NCBI GenBank assembly: GCA_963798085.1
Contig: CAWCRS010000007.1
Coordinates: 1,280,001-1,344,000, forward strand
Length of the DNA: 64,000 nucleotides
From: an uncultured Gemmatimonadales bacterium
Lineage (GTDB): Bacteria > Gemmatimonadota > Gemmatimonadetes > Longimicrobiales > RSA9
Direction of reading: 5' to 3'
In this document: positions 29,903-39,795 of the stretch, in pieces
Position numbering within the stretch: the first letter of the stretch is position 1
How the letters are laid out: each line of letters starts with the position of its first letter
The notes under the pieces: generated by a model
What the model was told of the DNA's origin: nothing
What the model saw: only the letters and a program-made list of their open reading frames with translations
Databases searched by the model: none
Program-made: the position numbers and the translations under genes

Positions 29903-29922
29903 CTGCGCTCCTGTTTACGGAA

Positions 29923-30504
29923 ATGAGATTGTCGAATCTGCAGCACGGACTGCGCGCGTCACTGGCGCTGGCGCCGCTCGTTGCGCTGGTTGCATGCGGC
30001 AACGGCCTGGGGCCGGCCACATGGAATGCCACGCCGGACACGGTCGTGATCTACTCGCTGGCGAGGCCTGAACTCATCGGGCAACCTTCCGCCTACGACT
30101 TCATCTCGAACCGCCGCGTCGTGGTAGAAGGCCAGGGACAGACGGGGGCGTGGGATGCGGCGCTGTCGGAGCAGGCGGGGAGCTTCGTGCTGCTGCCGGC
30201 CGGCTATTTCCCGGGCATCACGTCGCGCGCCGGCATAGCGGAAACCACGAGCACGTCGCTGGACGATCTGACGCGCGCGCCGGGGGATTCAGCCGCGTAC
30301 AAGCAGCTGCCCGTGACGTTGCGCGTGGGTGCGGTCTACGCTGTGCGCACGCGGCGCGATCTCTGTTCGGACCTGGTCACGACCGGTTCACGCTACGGGA
30401 AATTCCAGATCGTGGCGATCGACGCGAGCCTGGGCGCCATCACCATGGCATCGGTGTCCAATCCCTATTGCAACAATCTGTCGCTCGTGCCGCCGACGAA
30501 CTGA
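29923..30504 (+). CDS. Hypothetical lipoprotein
   Basis: MRLSNLQHGLRASLALAPLVALVAC-G lipobox; beta-rich mature part with two further Cys; immediately upstream of serS. Confidence 0.72.
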   Translation: MRLSNLQHGLRASLALAPLVALVACGNGLGPATWNATPDTVVIYSLARPELIGQPSAYDFISNRRVVVEGQGQTGAWDAALSEQAGSFVLLPAGYFPGITSRAGIAETTSTSLDDLTRAPGDSAAYKQLPVTLRVGAVYAVRTRRDLCSDLVTTGSRYGKFQIVAIDASLGAITMASVSNPYCNNLSLVPPTN

Positions 30505-30519
30505 GCACGAACCACTCCA

Positions 30520-31803
30520 TTGCTCGACCTGAAACTGATTCGTGAGAATCCGGGCCTCGTCCTGGAGCGACTGGCCGTACGCGGCAAGCGGGAGCTGCCG
30601 CTCATGGTGGAGCGCGTGGGTGCATTGGATGCGGAGCGTCGCTCGCTCATCACACAGGTCAATGCGATGCGCGCGCAGCGCAACGAAGTCTCGCCGCGCG
30701 TCGGCAATCTGAAGAAGGAAGGGAAGCACGAAGAGGCGGAACAGCTGGTCGTCGAGATGCGTGCGCTGAACGAGCGCATGGCGCAGATCGATGCGCAGCT
30801 GGTCAGCACGGAGGCGGAGATCAACGATCTGCTGCTGAATCTGCCCAACCTGCCGGAGCACGCGGTGCCGGCGGGCGGCGCGGAGTGCAACATGGTGGTG
30901 CGGGAGTGGGGCGATGTGCCGGCCTTCTCCTTCGCACCTCGGCCGCACTGGGAGCTGGCCGAGCGTCTGGGCCTGCTCGACCTGGCGCGCGGCAGCAAGA
31001 TTGCCGGCAGTGGTTTCCCGCTGTTCGTGGGGCTGGGTGCACGGCTGGAGCGCGCGCTCATCAACCTCATGCTCGACATGCATACGCGCGAGCACGGCTA
31101 CCGCGAAGTATCGCCGCCACTGCTGGTGAACAGTCACGCCGCGCTGGGCACGGGGCATCTGCCGAAGTTCGGCGAAGACATGTACCGTCTCCCCGAGGAC
31201 GACCTCTACCTCGTGCCCACCGCCGAGGTGCCGGTAACAAACCTGTTCGCAGACGAGATTCTCGCGCCTGATGCCGTGCCGCAGCGCTTCGTGGCGTACA
31301 CACCCTGTTTCCGCCGCGAGGCCGGCTCCGCAGGCAAGGATACGCGCGGCATCCTGCGCGTGCACCAGTTCGACAAGGTGGAGCTGGTGCGTTTCGAGCG
31401 GCCGGAGAATGGCCGCGTGGCACTGGAAGAACTGACACGGCAGGCGGAGGCTGTGCTGCAGCGCCTGGGGCTGCGCTATCGCGTGCTGCTGCTCGCGGGC
31501 GGCGACCTTGGCTTCGCCAACGCGCAGACGTACGATCTGGAGGCATGGGCGCCCGGCGTGGGCAAATGGCTCGAGGTTTCGAGCTGTTCGCTCTACAACG
31601 ATTTCCAGGCGAGGCGCGCGAACATCCGCTTCCGTCCGGCGGCCGGCGCACGGCCCGAGTTCGTCACCACGCTCAATGGCTCGGGACTGGGATTGCCTCG
31701 CACGTTCATCAGTGTGCTGGAGACGTATCAGCAGGCCGACGGCAGCATCCGTATCCCCGCGGCGCTGCAGGAGTACGTGGGGACGGATCGCATCGCGGGC
31801 TAG
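30520..31803 (+). CDS. serS: Serine--tRNA ligase
   Basis: MLDLKLIRENP, LPNLP..VP.G, PHWEL, YLVPTAEVP, CFRREAGSAGKDTRGILRVHQFDKVEL, YDLE.W.P, EVSSCS...DFQARR, TLNGSGLG.PR, QQADGSI.IP. Confidence 0.97.
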   Translation: MLDLKLIRENPGLVLERLAVRGKRELPLMVERVGALDAERRSLITQVNAMRAQRNEVSPRVGNLKKEGKHEEAEQLVVEMRALNERMAQIDAQLVSTEAEINDLLLNLPNLPEHAVPAGGAECNMVVREWGDVPAFSFAPRPHWELAERLGLLDLARGSKIAGSGFPLFVGLGARLERALINLMLDMHTREHGYREVSPPLLVNSHAALGTGHLPKFGEDMYRLPEDDLYLVPTAEVPVTNLFADEILAPDAVPQRFVAYTPCFRREAGSAGKDTRGILRVHQFDKVELVRFERPENGRVALEELTRQAEAVLQRLGLRYRVLLLAGGDLGFANAQTYDLEAWAPGVGKWLEVSSCSLYNDFQARRANIRFRPAAGARPEFVTTLNGSGLGLPRTFISVLETYQQADGSIRIPAALQEYVGTDRIAG

Positions 31804-31812
31804 CGCACGCAC

Positions 31813-33009
31813 ATGCGAAGACGGTTCTGGCCGGCCCTGCTCGCCACCGCCTCGCTCGTTGTCTTCGCCTCCTACCTGGCGTACACGCAGTATCTCGTCC
31901 GGCAGATCCGGCAGCAGGGCGTGATCAATTCGCGCATCTGGTCACTGGTGCAGCGCGGTCTGCTGTCGCCGGACACGGGCGCCGTGGGGCAGGAGTTGAC
32001 GGCGCTGCTGGACATCCAGGACCAGATCAAGGCGCTGGGCCTGCCCATGCTGGTGCGCGATCGCACCGGGCAATACTCGGCGCAGGCTAACCTGCCGTTC
32101 GAAGCTGACCTGCGCACGACGAGCGGACAGCAACGTGTGGCCGATTACGCCATGGCGCTGGAGAGACGGCGGCCGGAAAATGTGGTGGAGATGCCGGGCG
32201 TGGGCGCCATCCTCTTCGGCGACCCGCCGCTGCTCACCTGGCTGCGTCTGGTGCCGTGGCTGCAGGTGTCGGGCGCACTGCTGCTGATCCTGGTCGCGGT
32301 GGCGGTGATCCGTTCGGACATGCGGGCGGAGCGGGAGCGGTTGTGGGCCGCGATGGCAAGGGAGCTGGCACACCAAATGGGGACGCCGCTCTCTTCGCTG
32401 GAGGGGTGGCTCGAAGTGCTGGAACTGCCACCCGCGGAGCGCGTCGCCTTTGCGCCCGACGAGTACATCGCAAGCGTCATGACCAGCAATGTGGAGCGGC
32501 TGGGCCGCGTGTCGCGCCGCTTCGAGCTGATCGGCAAGCCGCCCGCGCTCGACCTGGTGGACGTGGCGGACATCGTAGAGGAATTGCACGACTATTTCAT
32601 GCCGCGCATGCCCAAGTTCGGCAAGAATATCGCCGTGCGCATGCGGGTGCGTGACGACCTGCCCGCGGTGCGAGCTAACAGCGTGCTGCTGGCGTGGGCG
32701 CTGGAGAATATCGTGAAGAACGCCGTGGATGCGCTGGGCGGTCGCGGCGGGCGCATCATCATCATGGCGCACCCGGATGCGGCGGGCGGCGTGCGCGTGC
32801 AGATCGCGGATGACGGACCCGGCATTCCAGCAGGTCTGCGCGATCGTATCTTCGAGCCGGGGGTGAGCACCAAGTCGAGCGGGTGGGGTGTGGGCCTTTC
32901 GCTGACCCGCCGCATTGTGCAGGACCTGCACCAGGGTCGCATTGCGGTGTACGGGCGCCGGCGCGGCGGCACCGTATTCGACATCACACTGCCGCCCGCC
33001 GTGACCTGA
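31813..33009 (+). CDS. Two-TM sensor histidine kinase
   Basis: Two TM helices; WAAMARELAHQMGTPLSSL, WALENIVKNAVDA, DDGPGI, IFEPGVSTK..GWGVGLSL. Confidence 0.92.
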   Translation: MRRRFWPALLATASLVVFASYLAYTQYLVRQIRQQGVINSRIWSLVQRGLLSPDTGAVGQELTALLDIQDQIKALGLPMLVRDRTGQYSAQANLPFEADLRTTSGQQRVADYAMALERRRPENVVEMPGVGAILFGDPPLLTWLRLVPWLQVSGALLLILVAVAVIRSDMRAERERLWAAMARELAHQMGTPLSSLEGWLEVLELPPAERVAFAPDEYIASVMTSNVERLGRVSRRFELIGKPPALDLVDVADIVEELHDYFMPRMPKFGKNIAVRMRVRDDLPAVRANSVLLAWALENIVKNAVDALGGRGGRIIIMAHPDAAGGVRVQIADDGPGIPAGLRDRIFEPGVSTKSSGWGVGLSLTRRIVQDLHQGRIAVYGRRRGGTVFDITLPPAVT

Positions 33010-33032
33010 GCATGGAGACTGCCGGTCGCAGC

Positions 33033-35304
33033 ATGACATCGTATCTGGATCGACTGAACCCCGAACAGCGCGCAGCCGTCGAGCACTTCGAGGGCCCCAT
33101 TCTCGTACTGGCGGGAGCGGGTTCGGGCAAGACGCGCGTGCTGACGTCGCGCATTGCCCACCTGATCAACGAATTCGGCGTCGATCCTTCGCTCATTCTG
33201 GCGGTGACCTTCACCAACAAGGCCGCGGGCGAGATGCGTTCGCGCGTGCGCCAGCTGCTGGGCCGTGAGCCGGGCGGCATGTGGATCGGCACGTTCCACA
33301 GCGTGGGCGCCCGTCTGCTGCGCCGCCACGCCGCCATGCTGGGCTGGTCATCCAGCTTCACCATCACGGATGCCGATCAGGCACTGCGCGAAACGAAGCG
33401 CACCATGGAGCGTCTGGGCATTTCCGAGAAGCAATGGCACCCGCAGGCCGTGCACGGCGCCATTTCCGCCGCCAAGAACGCGCTCGTGCTGCCCGCCGAG
33501 TACGAACAGCTGGCAGCCGACGCCTTCACGACGGTGGTGGCGAAGATCTATCCGGAATACCAGCTATCGCTGAAACAGCAGAACGCCTTCGACTTCGATG
33601 ATCTGCTGGTCTCGCCCATCACGCTGTTGCGCGAGCAGCCGGGCCTGCTCGAGCGGTACCGCCAGCGCTTCCGCTTCATTCTGGTCGACGAATACCAGGA
33701 CACGAACCGCGCGCAGTACGTCTTCCTGAAGATGCTGGCGGAAGCGCACGGCAATCTGATGGTGGTAGGCGACGACGATCAGTCCATCTACGCGTGGCGA
33801 GGCGCCGACATCCGGAACATTCTCGATTTCGAGAACGACTTTCCGGGTGCGCGTGTGGTGCGACTCGAGCAGAATTACCGCTCGACCAGCACCATCCTGG
33901 ACACCGCGAATCACGTGATCGCGCAGAACACGCAGCGCAAGGGCAAGACGCTGCGCACGGATGCGGGCCCGGGTGAGCGGGTGACGCTGGTGGAAGCGCT
34001 GGACGAGCGCGACGAAGCGGACTGGGTCGCGACCGAGCTGGACGCGCGGCTGAAGGAGGCAGGGCGCTCGCTGCGCGATTTCGTGGTGCTGTACCGCACC
34101 AACGCGCAGTCACGCGCGTTCGAAGAGGCGTTCCGCCGCCGCGACGTGCCCTACCAGATCGTGGGCGGCACGCGCTTCTACGAACGGCGCGAGATCATGG
34201 ATGTTCTCGCCTACCTCCGGCTCATCTCGAATCCGAAGGACGCCGGCGCATTCGACCGCATCATCAACTATCCTCGCCGCGGCATTGGCGACACGACGCA
34301 GGCCCGGCTGCTGCAATGGGCGGCCGAGCGCGGCATGACGCCACTGGAAGCGGCCGCGCGCGCGCAGGAATGCCTGGAAGTGCGCGGCGGCGCCATCACC
34401 TCGCTGGTCCATTTCGCAGAGCTGATCCAGCGTTTCAGTGCACTCGCGCTGCATCTCCCCGTGGGCGAGCTGCTCGAGCGTCTGGTGGAGGAGGTCGGCA
34501 TTGCCAATGCGCTGATCGGATGAAGGACCCGAAGGCGAGGAGCGGCTCGACAACGTGCGCGAGCTGGTCGCGGGCGCGCACGAGTACACGGACCTCGAGC
34601 CGGAAGAACCGGACGACGTTCCCGAAGCCGGCGCCACCCAGCTCGACCTGTTCCTGCAGAAGGTATCGTTGCTGACCAATGTCGACCGGCACGATCCGCA
34701 GGCCGAAGCCATCACGCTGATGACACTGCACAACGCCAAGGGGCTCGAGTTCCCATACGTGTTCATTGCCGGGCTCGAGGATGGCCTGTTCCCGCTGGCG
34801 CGCGCCTTTGATGACCCGGCCATGCTGGAAGAGGAGCGGCGGCTGTTCTACGTGGGCGTCACACGCGCCCGCCGCAAACTCTACCTGCTGCACGCGCGCA
34901 GCCGGCGGCGTGCCGGCGAGATCATCGACTGCATTCCGTCGAGTTTCCTGAAGCCCATCCCCGCCACGTTGACCGAGCAGCGCACCACACCCGCGCTGGA
35001 GCGTCGTCGCCTCGAATCCTCGACGCCCGACCGCGCCTGGCAGCGTCGCGCCGCCCCCAGCCCCTCGCCTCGCTCGACGCCCTTCGATGACGATTCCGGG
35101 CGCGGCGTCTACATCGACTACACGGACGCGCAGGATGTGCCGCGCTTCGTGAAAGGCGAACGCGTGCGCCACCCCGAGTTCGGCCGCGGCACCATCCGCG
35201 AGCTGTCCGGCTTCGGCCCCGACCTCAAGGCCACCATCGAATTCGACGGCGCAGGCCGCAAGAAGGTCATGGTCCGGTACGCCAATTTACAGAAGGAGCT
35301 TTGA
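33033..35304 (+). CDS. pcrA: UvrD/PcrA-family ATP-dependent DNA helicase (indel near 34520)
   Basis: LNPEQ, LAGAGSGKTRVL, AVTFTNKAA.EM, LVDEYQDTN, VGDDDQSIY.WRGA, LEQNYRST, LYRTNAQSR; next frame LMTLHNAKGLEFP, EEERRLFYVGVTRA, C-terminal Tudor-like VRHPEFGRG. Confidence 0.93.
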
Positions 35305-35347
35305 AAGGCGGTTGCATGGCCGGCATGGGTGTGGCTGTCAGCGTTTG

Positions 35348-35775
35348 AACTGCGTTTCTGGGGCAGGGGCTCGGGCTGGTTGCTCGGGAACGGATTGACG
35401 CACTAACGGCTAACTGCGTTTCTCGGGCTGGCGCTTGGGCTGGGCCGGGGAGCCACGACTCGTTTGGCTCGCGGCGACGTCTCCGGCACGCGCACCGTCT
35501 GACCGCACCGGTGCGCGGCATGGAACGCCGACTCCGTCCCATCCTGCCTCCCCCCGGAACGTCCTCGTGGCAGACTCCACCTGCGCAATGCCCTCCCGAA
35601 CGAGATATCGTCGCTACTAACATACTGTTATAAGTGAGCGATCGACCGCGAAAGAACGGCCGGGGATGCGCCGCGAACCCGAAGCGTCGTGAGTTCCCAG
35701 CCCCCAGAAACGCCGTTCTCTGTTGATCCGTTCCCGAGCAACCAGCCCCAGCAACCAGCCCAGTAACGCCGTTCT
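35348..35775. repeat. ~430-bp palindromic element with ~120-140-bp imperfect inverted arms
   Basis: Perfect 23-bp core GGGCTGGTTGCTCGGGAACGGAT (35373-35395) / ATCCGTTCCCGAGCAACCAGCCC (35726-35748). The arms also share AAC(T/G)GCGTT(T/A)CT(GGGCT)n motifs and extend inward to ~35487 and ~35658. Confidence 0.75.
35618..35634 (+). promoter_or_regulatory. Candidate operator palindrome overlapping an extended -10 element upstream of the efflux cluster
   Basis: TAACA-TAC-TGTTA (35618-35630) overlaps TGtTATAAG (35626-35634); a rare AT-rich patch in GC-rich DNA. Confidence 0.35.
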
Positions 35776-35880
35776 CCCAGGCCGATGTCGCCAATCCGCC
35801 TGGTTCCGCGCCGTACGAGGTGTGAAACGCTACCGGCAGACTCCGGGGCGGACTCTGCTTCCTCGAACACACGGTTTGCC

Positions 35881-37191
35881 ATGAAAGCGGGAATGCGGCT
35901 TACGGTTCTGAGTTGTCTGGCGCTGGGCGCGGCGGTGCCGGCGCGGGCGCAGACGGGAGCGCAGGATTCGCTGCGGCTGGGCCGGTTGCAGGCGCAGGCG
36001 GTGGCGGGTGATGCGCGGCAGCGCGAGTTCGGTCTGCTGGCGAAGCAGACGGAACTGCGGCTGGGCAATCTCTCGGCCGAGAGGCTGCCGGCGCTCGCTG
36101 CGACCGCGGGCGGGCAGTATCAGTCGGCGGTATTCGGCGGCGGCTCGCTGCCGGCCGGCCTTTCGTTTGCCACACCTTCACGGGACACGTACGACAGCCG
36201 GCTCGAGGTCGAGCAGTCGCTGTTCGATCCCACGCGGAGTCCGCGCCGGGGCGTCGAACAGGCGAAGCTGGCCGAGTCCGAGGCGGGCGTGAAGACCGCG
36301 CTCTACAGTCTGCGGCAGGAAGTCAACGAGTCGTTCTTCAACGCGGCGCTGCTCACGGAGCGCAGCCGCATCATTGCCGCCAGCATTGCCGATCTCGATC
36401 AGCGCCTGCAGGAGACGCGGGTGCGTGTTCGTGAGGGCGAGGCACTGCCAGGCGACGCGGCCGCGATCCAGGCGACACTGCTCGAGCGGCGGCAGGAGCA
36501 GCAGCAGGTCGAGGCTGACCGGCGTGCGGCGCTGGCGAGGCTCACCGAGCTGACGCGGCAGCCCCTGGCGGCCGATGCGCCCATTGCGCTGCCCGACCTG
36601 TGCGAGGAAACCGAACAGGCGAGGCAGGGACTGGCGCAGCTGCGCAGCCGTCCGGAATACGAGCAGTTCGATCGCACGCGCGACCGCCTCGCGCGCGAGC
36701 AGACGGTGCTGTCCGCCGAGCTGCGGCCGAGCGTCTCGGCGTTTGGCCGCGCGGGCTACGGCCGCCCCGGCCTCAATCCCGTCAGCGACCAGTTCGACCG
36801 TTATTACGTGTTAGGGCTGCAGGTGAAGTGGGCGCCCTGGAACTGGGGCACCACGCAGCGCGACCGCGGCGTGCTGGCCGTGCAGCAGCGCATCGTCGCG
36901 GCGGAAGAGGCGGCCTTCACCAGCGAGCTGGTGCGTTCGATCCAGAGCGATGTCGCGGACATTGATCGCCTGGACGGCGCGCTCGGTCTGGATGACCAGA
37001 TCGTCGCGCTGCGGCAAGGCGTCGAGGACGAAACCCGGCTGCGCCTCCGCGAGGGCGTGGTGACCGCGTCGGAGTACCTCGACCGCAGCACCGATGTTCT
37101 GCAGGCACGACTCACGCGGGCTCAGCATCAGGTGGAGCAGGTACAGGCCCGGGCCCGCCTTCTGACCACACTCGGACTGGAGATCCGCTAA
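35881..37191 (+). CDS. TolC-family outer membrane efflux protein
   Basis: Signal peptide ..LALGAAVPARA-Q; OEP pattern (ERLPAL.., LEVEQSLFD, LRPSVSAFG..GYGRPGLN, LGLQVKW..WNWG, EGVVTASEYL). Confidence 0.88.
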   Translation: MKAGMRLTVLSCLALGAAVPARAQTGAQDSLRLGRLQAQAVAGDARQREFGLLAKQTELRLGNLSAERLPALAATAGGQYQSAVFGGGSLPAGLSFATPSRDTYDSRLEVEQSLFDPTRSPRRGVEQAKLAESEAGVKTALYSLRQEVNESFFNAALLTERSRIIAASIADLDQRLQETRVRVREGEALPGDAAAIQATLLERRQEQQQVEADRRAALARLTELTRQPLAADAPIALPDLCEETEQARQGLAQLRSRPEYEQFDRTRDRLAREQTVLSAELRPSVSAFGRAGYGRPGLNPVSDQFDRYYVLGLQVKWAPWNWGTTQRDRGVLAVQQRIVAAEEAAFTSELVRSIQSDVADIDRLDGALGLDDQIVALRQGVEDETRLRLREGVVTASEYLDRSTDVLQARLTRAQHQVEQVQARARLLTTLGLEIR

Positions 37192-38117
37192 TGCGATACA
37201 CGAATCGACTGGGCCAGGGCGTCGTCCTGGTCGTGACGGCGGCACTGCCCCTCAGCACGGCATGCGATCGCGGTGATGCACCGGACGCATACGGCAATTT
37301 CGAAACAACGGAAGTGGTGGTCTCCGCGGAGACCTCCGGGCAGCTCGTGTGGTTCACACCGGATGACGGCGAGCGCATCGAGGCGGGATGCATGGTAGGG
37401 GTCGTGGACACGGTGCAGCTGACGCTGGAGCGCGCCGAAATGATCGCGCAGCGTGATGCCAGTCGCTCGCGCGCCGTCGAAGTTGCGAAGCAGATCGACG
37501 TGCTGCAGGCGCAGTACGAGATCGCCGAACGCGCGTATGGCCGCACGCAGCGGCTGCACCAGGCGCAGGCCGCAACGACACAGCAGATGGACCAGGCGGA
37601 GCGCGAGTATCGCGTGCTGGGCGAGCAGATCCAGGCGACGCGGGCGCAGCGCGAAACCGTGCAGCACGACATTGCCTCGAGCGCCTCGCGCATTGCGCAG
37701 ATCGAGGATCGCATCCGGCGCAGCCGGATCGCGAACCCGCAGACGGGCACCGTGCTCACGAGTTACGCAGAGCCGGGCGAGTTCGTACAGCAGGGTCAGC
37801 CGCTCTACAAGCTGGCGATGCTCGATTCCATGGAGCTGCGGGCGTACATCACGGAGCCGCAGCTGGCACAGGTACACATTGGACAGACGGCCGAAGTCAC
37901 GATCGACGCGGGCGCGCGTGCCCGCCGCACGCTGCACGGCCGCGTGTCCTGGATCTCGGCCCAGGCCGAGTTCACGCCCACACCCGTACAGACCCGCGAA
38001 GAGCGTGCGGACCTGGTGTACGCGGTGAAGATCGTCGTCGCCAACAACGATGGCGTGCTCAAGATCGGCATGCCCGCTGACGTTCGCTTCACACCCATCA
38101 CCACGGCGGCCCGATGA
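37191..38117 (+). CDS. HlyD-family membrane fusion protein (YbhG-like lipoprotein)
   Basis: Lipobox LSTAC, DAYGNFETTEVVVSAE..G, coiled coil, I.NP..GTVL..YAEPGE.V..G, LRAYITE.QL, WIS..AEFTP..VQTREER..LVYAVKI, LKIGMP. Confidence 0.9.
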   Translation: MRYTNRLGQGVVLVVTAALPLSTACDRGDAPDAYGNFETTEVVVSAETSGQLVWFTPDDGERIEAGCMVGVVDTVQLTLERAEMIAQRDASRSRAVEVAKQIDVLQAQYEIAERAYGRTQRLHQAQAATTQQMDQAEREYRVLGEQIQATRAQRETVQHDIASSASRIAQIEDRIRRSRIANPQTGTVLTSYAEPGEFVQQGQPLYKLAMLDSMELRAYITEPQLAQVHIGQTAEVTIDAGARARRTLHGRVSWISAQAEFTPTPVQTREERADLVYAVKIVVANNDGVLKIGMPADVRFTPITTAAR

Positions 38118-39052
38118 GCGACGCGGTCGTGGTAACAGGGCTGAGCAAGCGTTTCGGCGCGACCGCGGCGGTGAGCGACGTCTCCCTCGCGGTGAAGCCG
38201 GGCGAGCTGTTCGGCTGCATTGGCCCGGACGGCGCAGGAAAGACCACGCTCATCCGCATGCTCGCGACATTGCTGGTGCCGGATTCCGGGAGCGCGCAGG
38301 TGCTCGGCCATGACGTGGTGAAGGATCTGTGGGCACTGCGGCCGCGGCTGGGCTACATGCCGGGCAGGTTCTCGCTCTATCCCGACCTCAGCATCGAGGA
38401 GAACCTGCGCTTCTTCGCGTCCGTGTTCGGTACGCGGCTGGAGCGCGAGCGCGAGCAGATCGCGCCCATCTACGTGCAGCTCGAGCCCTTCCGCAAGCGG
38501 CGCGCCGGTGCGCTGTCCGGTGGCATGAAGCAGAAGCTCGCGCTGTGCTGCGCACTGGTGCACCGCCCCGACATTCTGTTCCTGGACGAACCGACGACGG
38601 GTGTCGATGCGGTTTCACGCCGCGAGTTCTGGGAGCTGCTGGCCAGCTTCAAGGCGGCCGGCCTCACCATCATCGTGTCGACGCCGTACATGGACGAAGC
38701 CACGCGCTGCGATCGCATCGCGCTGATGCAGAACGGGCGCATCCTGGCGGTGGATGCACCGCAGGCGATCACGGACTCGTTCGACAGGCCGCTGTTCGCG
38801 GTGCGCTCCACGGAACGCTACCGCACACTGCTGGCGCTGCGTGACTACGCCGGCACCAACACGGTGTTTCCTTTCGGCGAGGTGTTGCACTACACGGACC
38901 GGCGTACGGGCACGGCGGCGGACGCGATCCGCGCCGAGCTGCTCGCATACCTGGCCGCGCAGGGCTTCCGTGATGCCACGGCAGAGCCGATCCCGGCAAC
39001 CATCGAGGACAGTTTCATGGCCTACCTGGGCCGCACGCGGGAGGCAGCATGA
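38114..39052 (+). CDS. ABC transporter ATP-binding protein
   Basis: GPDGAGKTT, LSGGMKQKLAL, LFLDEPTTGVD, VSTPYMDEA. Confidence 0.94.
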   Translation: MSDAVVVTGLSKRFGATAAVSDVSLAVKPGELFGCIGPDGAGKTTLIRMLATLLVPDSGSAQVLGHDVVKDLWALRPRLGYMPGRFSLYPDLSIEENLRFFASVFGTRLEREREQIAPIYVQLEPFRKRRAGALSGGMKQKLALCCALVHRPDILFLDEPTTGVDAVSRREFWELLASFKAAGLTIIVSTPYMDEATRCDRIALMQNGRILAVDAPQAITDSFDRPLFAVRSTERYRTLLALRDYAGTNTVFPFGEVLHYTDRRTGTAADAIRAELLAYLAAQGFRDATAEPIPATIEDSFMAYLGRTREAA

Positions 39053-39795
39053 ACACGAGTGTGGCGATTCGCGCTGAGGATCTCACGCGCACGTTCGGCA
39101 GCTTCACCGCTGTGGACCACATCAGCCTGGAAGTCGCGAACGGCGAGATCTTCGGCTTCCTGGGCGCCAACGGCGCCGGCAAGACCACGGCCATGCGCAT
39201 GTTCACGGGACTGCTCGCGCCCAGCAGTGGCAAGGCCTCGGTGGCCGGGCACGACATCTATTCGGGCAGCGAATCGATCAAGCGATCGATCGGCTACATG
39301 AGCCAGCGGTTCTCGCTCTACGAAGATCTGACCATCCGCGAGAACATCCGGCTCTACGGCGGCATCTACGGCCTGTCGTCCCGCGTGGTGCGCGAGCGTA
39401 CGTCCGCGATGCTGGGCCGGCTGGGGATGGAGCAGTCGGCTGATCTGCAGGTGCGCTCGATTCCGCTGGGCTGGCGGCAGAAGCTTTCCTTCTCTGTGGC
39501 GTTGCTGCACGAGCCGAGCATCGTGTTCCTGGACGAGCCCACGGGCGGCGTCGATCCCATTACGCGGCGCCAGTTCTGGGAGATGATCTACCAGGCGGCC
39601 GCGGCCGGGACCACGGTGCTGGTAACAACACATTACATGGACGAGGCCGAGTACTGCGATCGCATCTCGATCATGGTGGCCGGGAAGATCGGCGCCATGG
39701 GCACACCCTCGGAGTTGAAGCGCGAGTTCCAGACGGATTCCATGGACGAAGTCTTCGTGCGGCTGGCGAGGCCGGCCGGGAAGGTGGGCTCATGA
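39049..39795 (+). CDS. ABC transporter ATP-binding protein
   Basis: GANGAGKTT, degenerate signature IPLGWRQKL, FLDEPTGGVDP, TTHYMDEAEYC (like the second NBD of YbhF). Confidence 0.94.
   Translation: MNTSVAIRAEDLTRTFGSFTAVDHISLEVANGEIFGFLGANGAGKTTAMRMFTGLLAPSSGKASVAGHDIYSGSESIKRSIGYMSQRFSLYEDLTIRENIRLYGGIYGLSSRVVRERTSAMLGRLGMEQSADLQVRSIPLGWRQKLSFSVALLHEPSIVFLDEPTGGVDPITRRQFWEMIYQAAAAGTTVLVTTHYMDEAEYCDRISIMVAGKIGAMGTPSELKREFQTDSMDEVFVRLARPAGKVGS

Noticed and set aside
35348..35775. CRISPR array
   Set aside because: The repeats are inverted and degenerate, with no regularly spaced identical direct repeats or unique spacers, and no cas genes.
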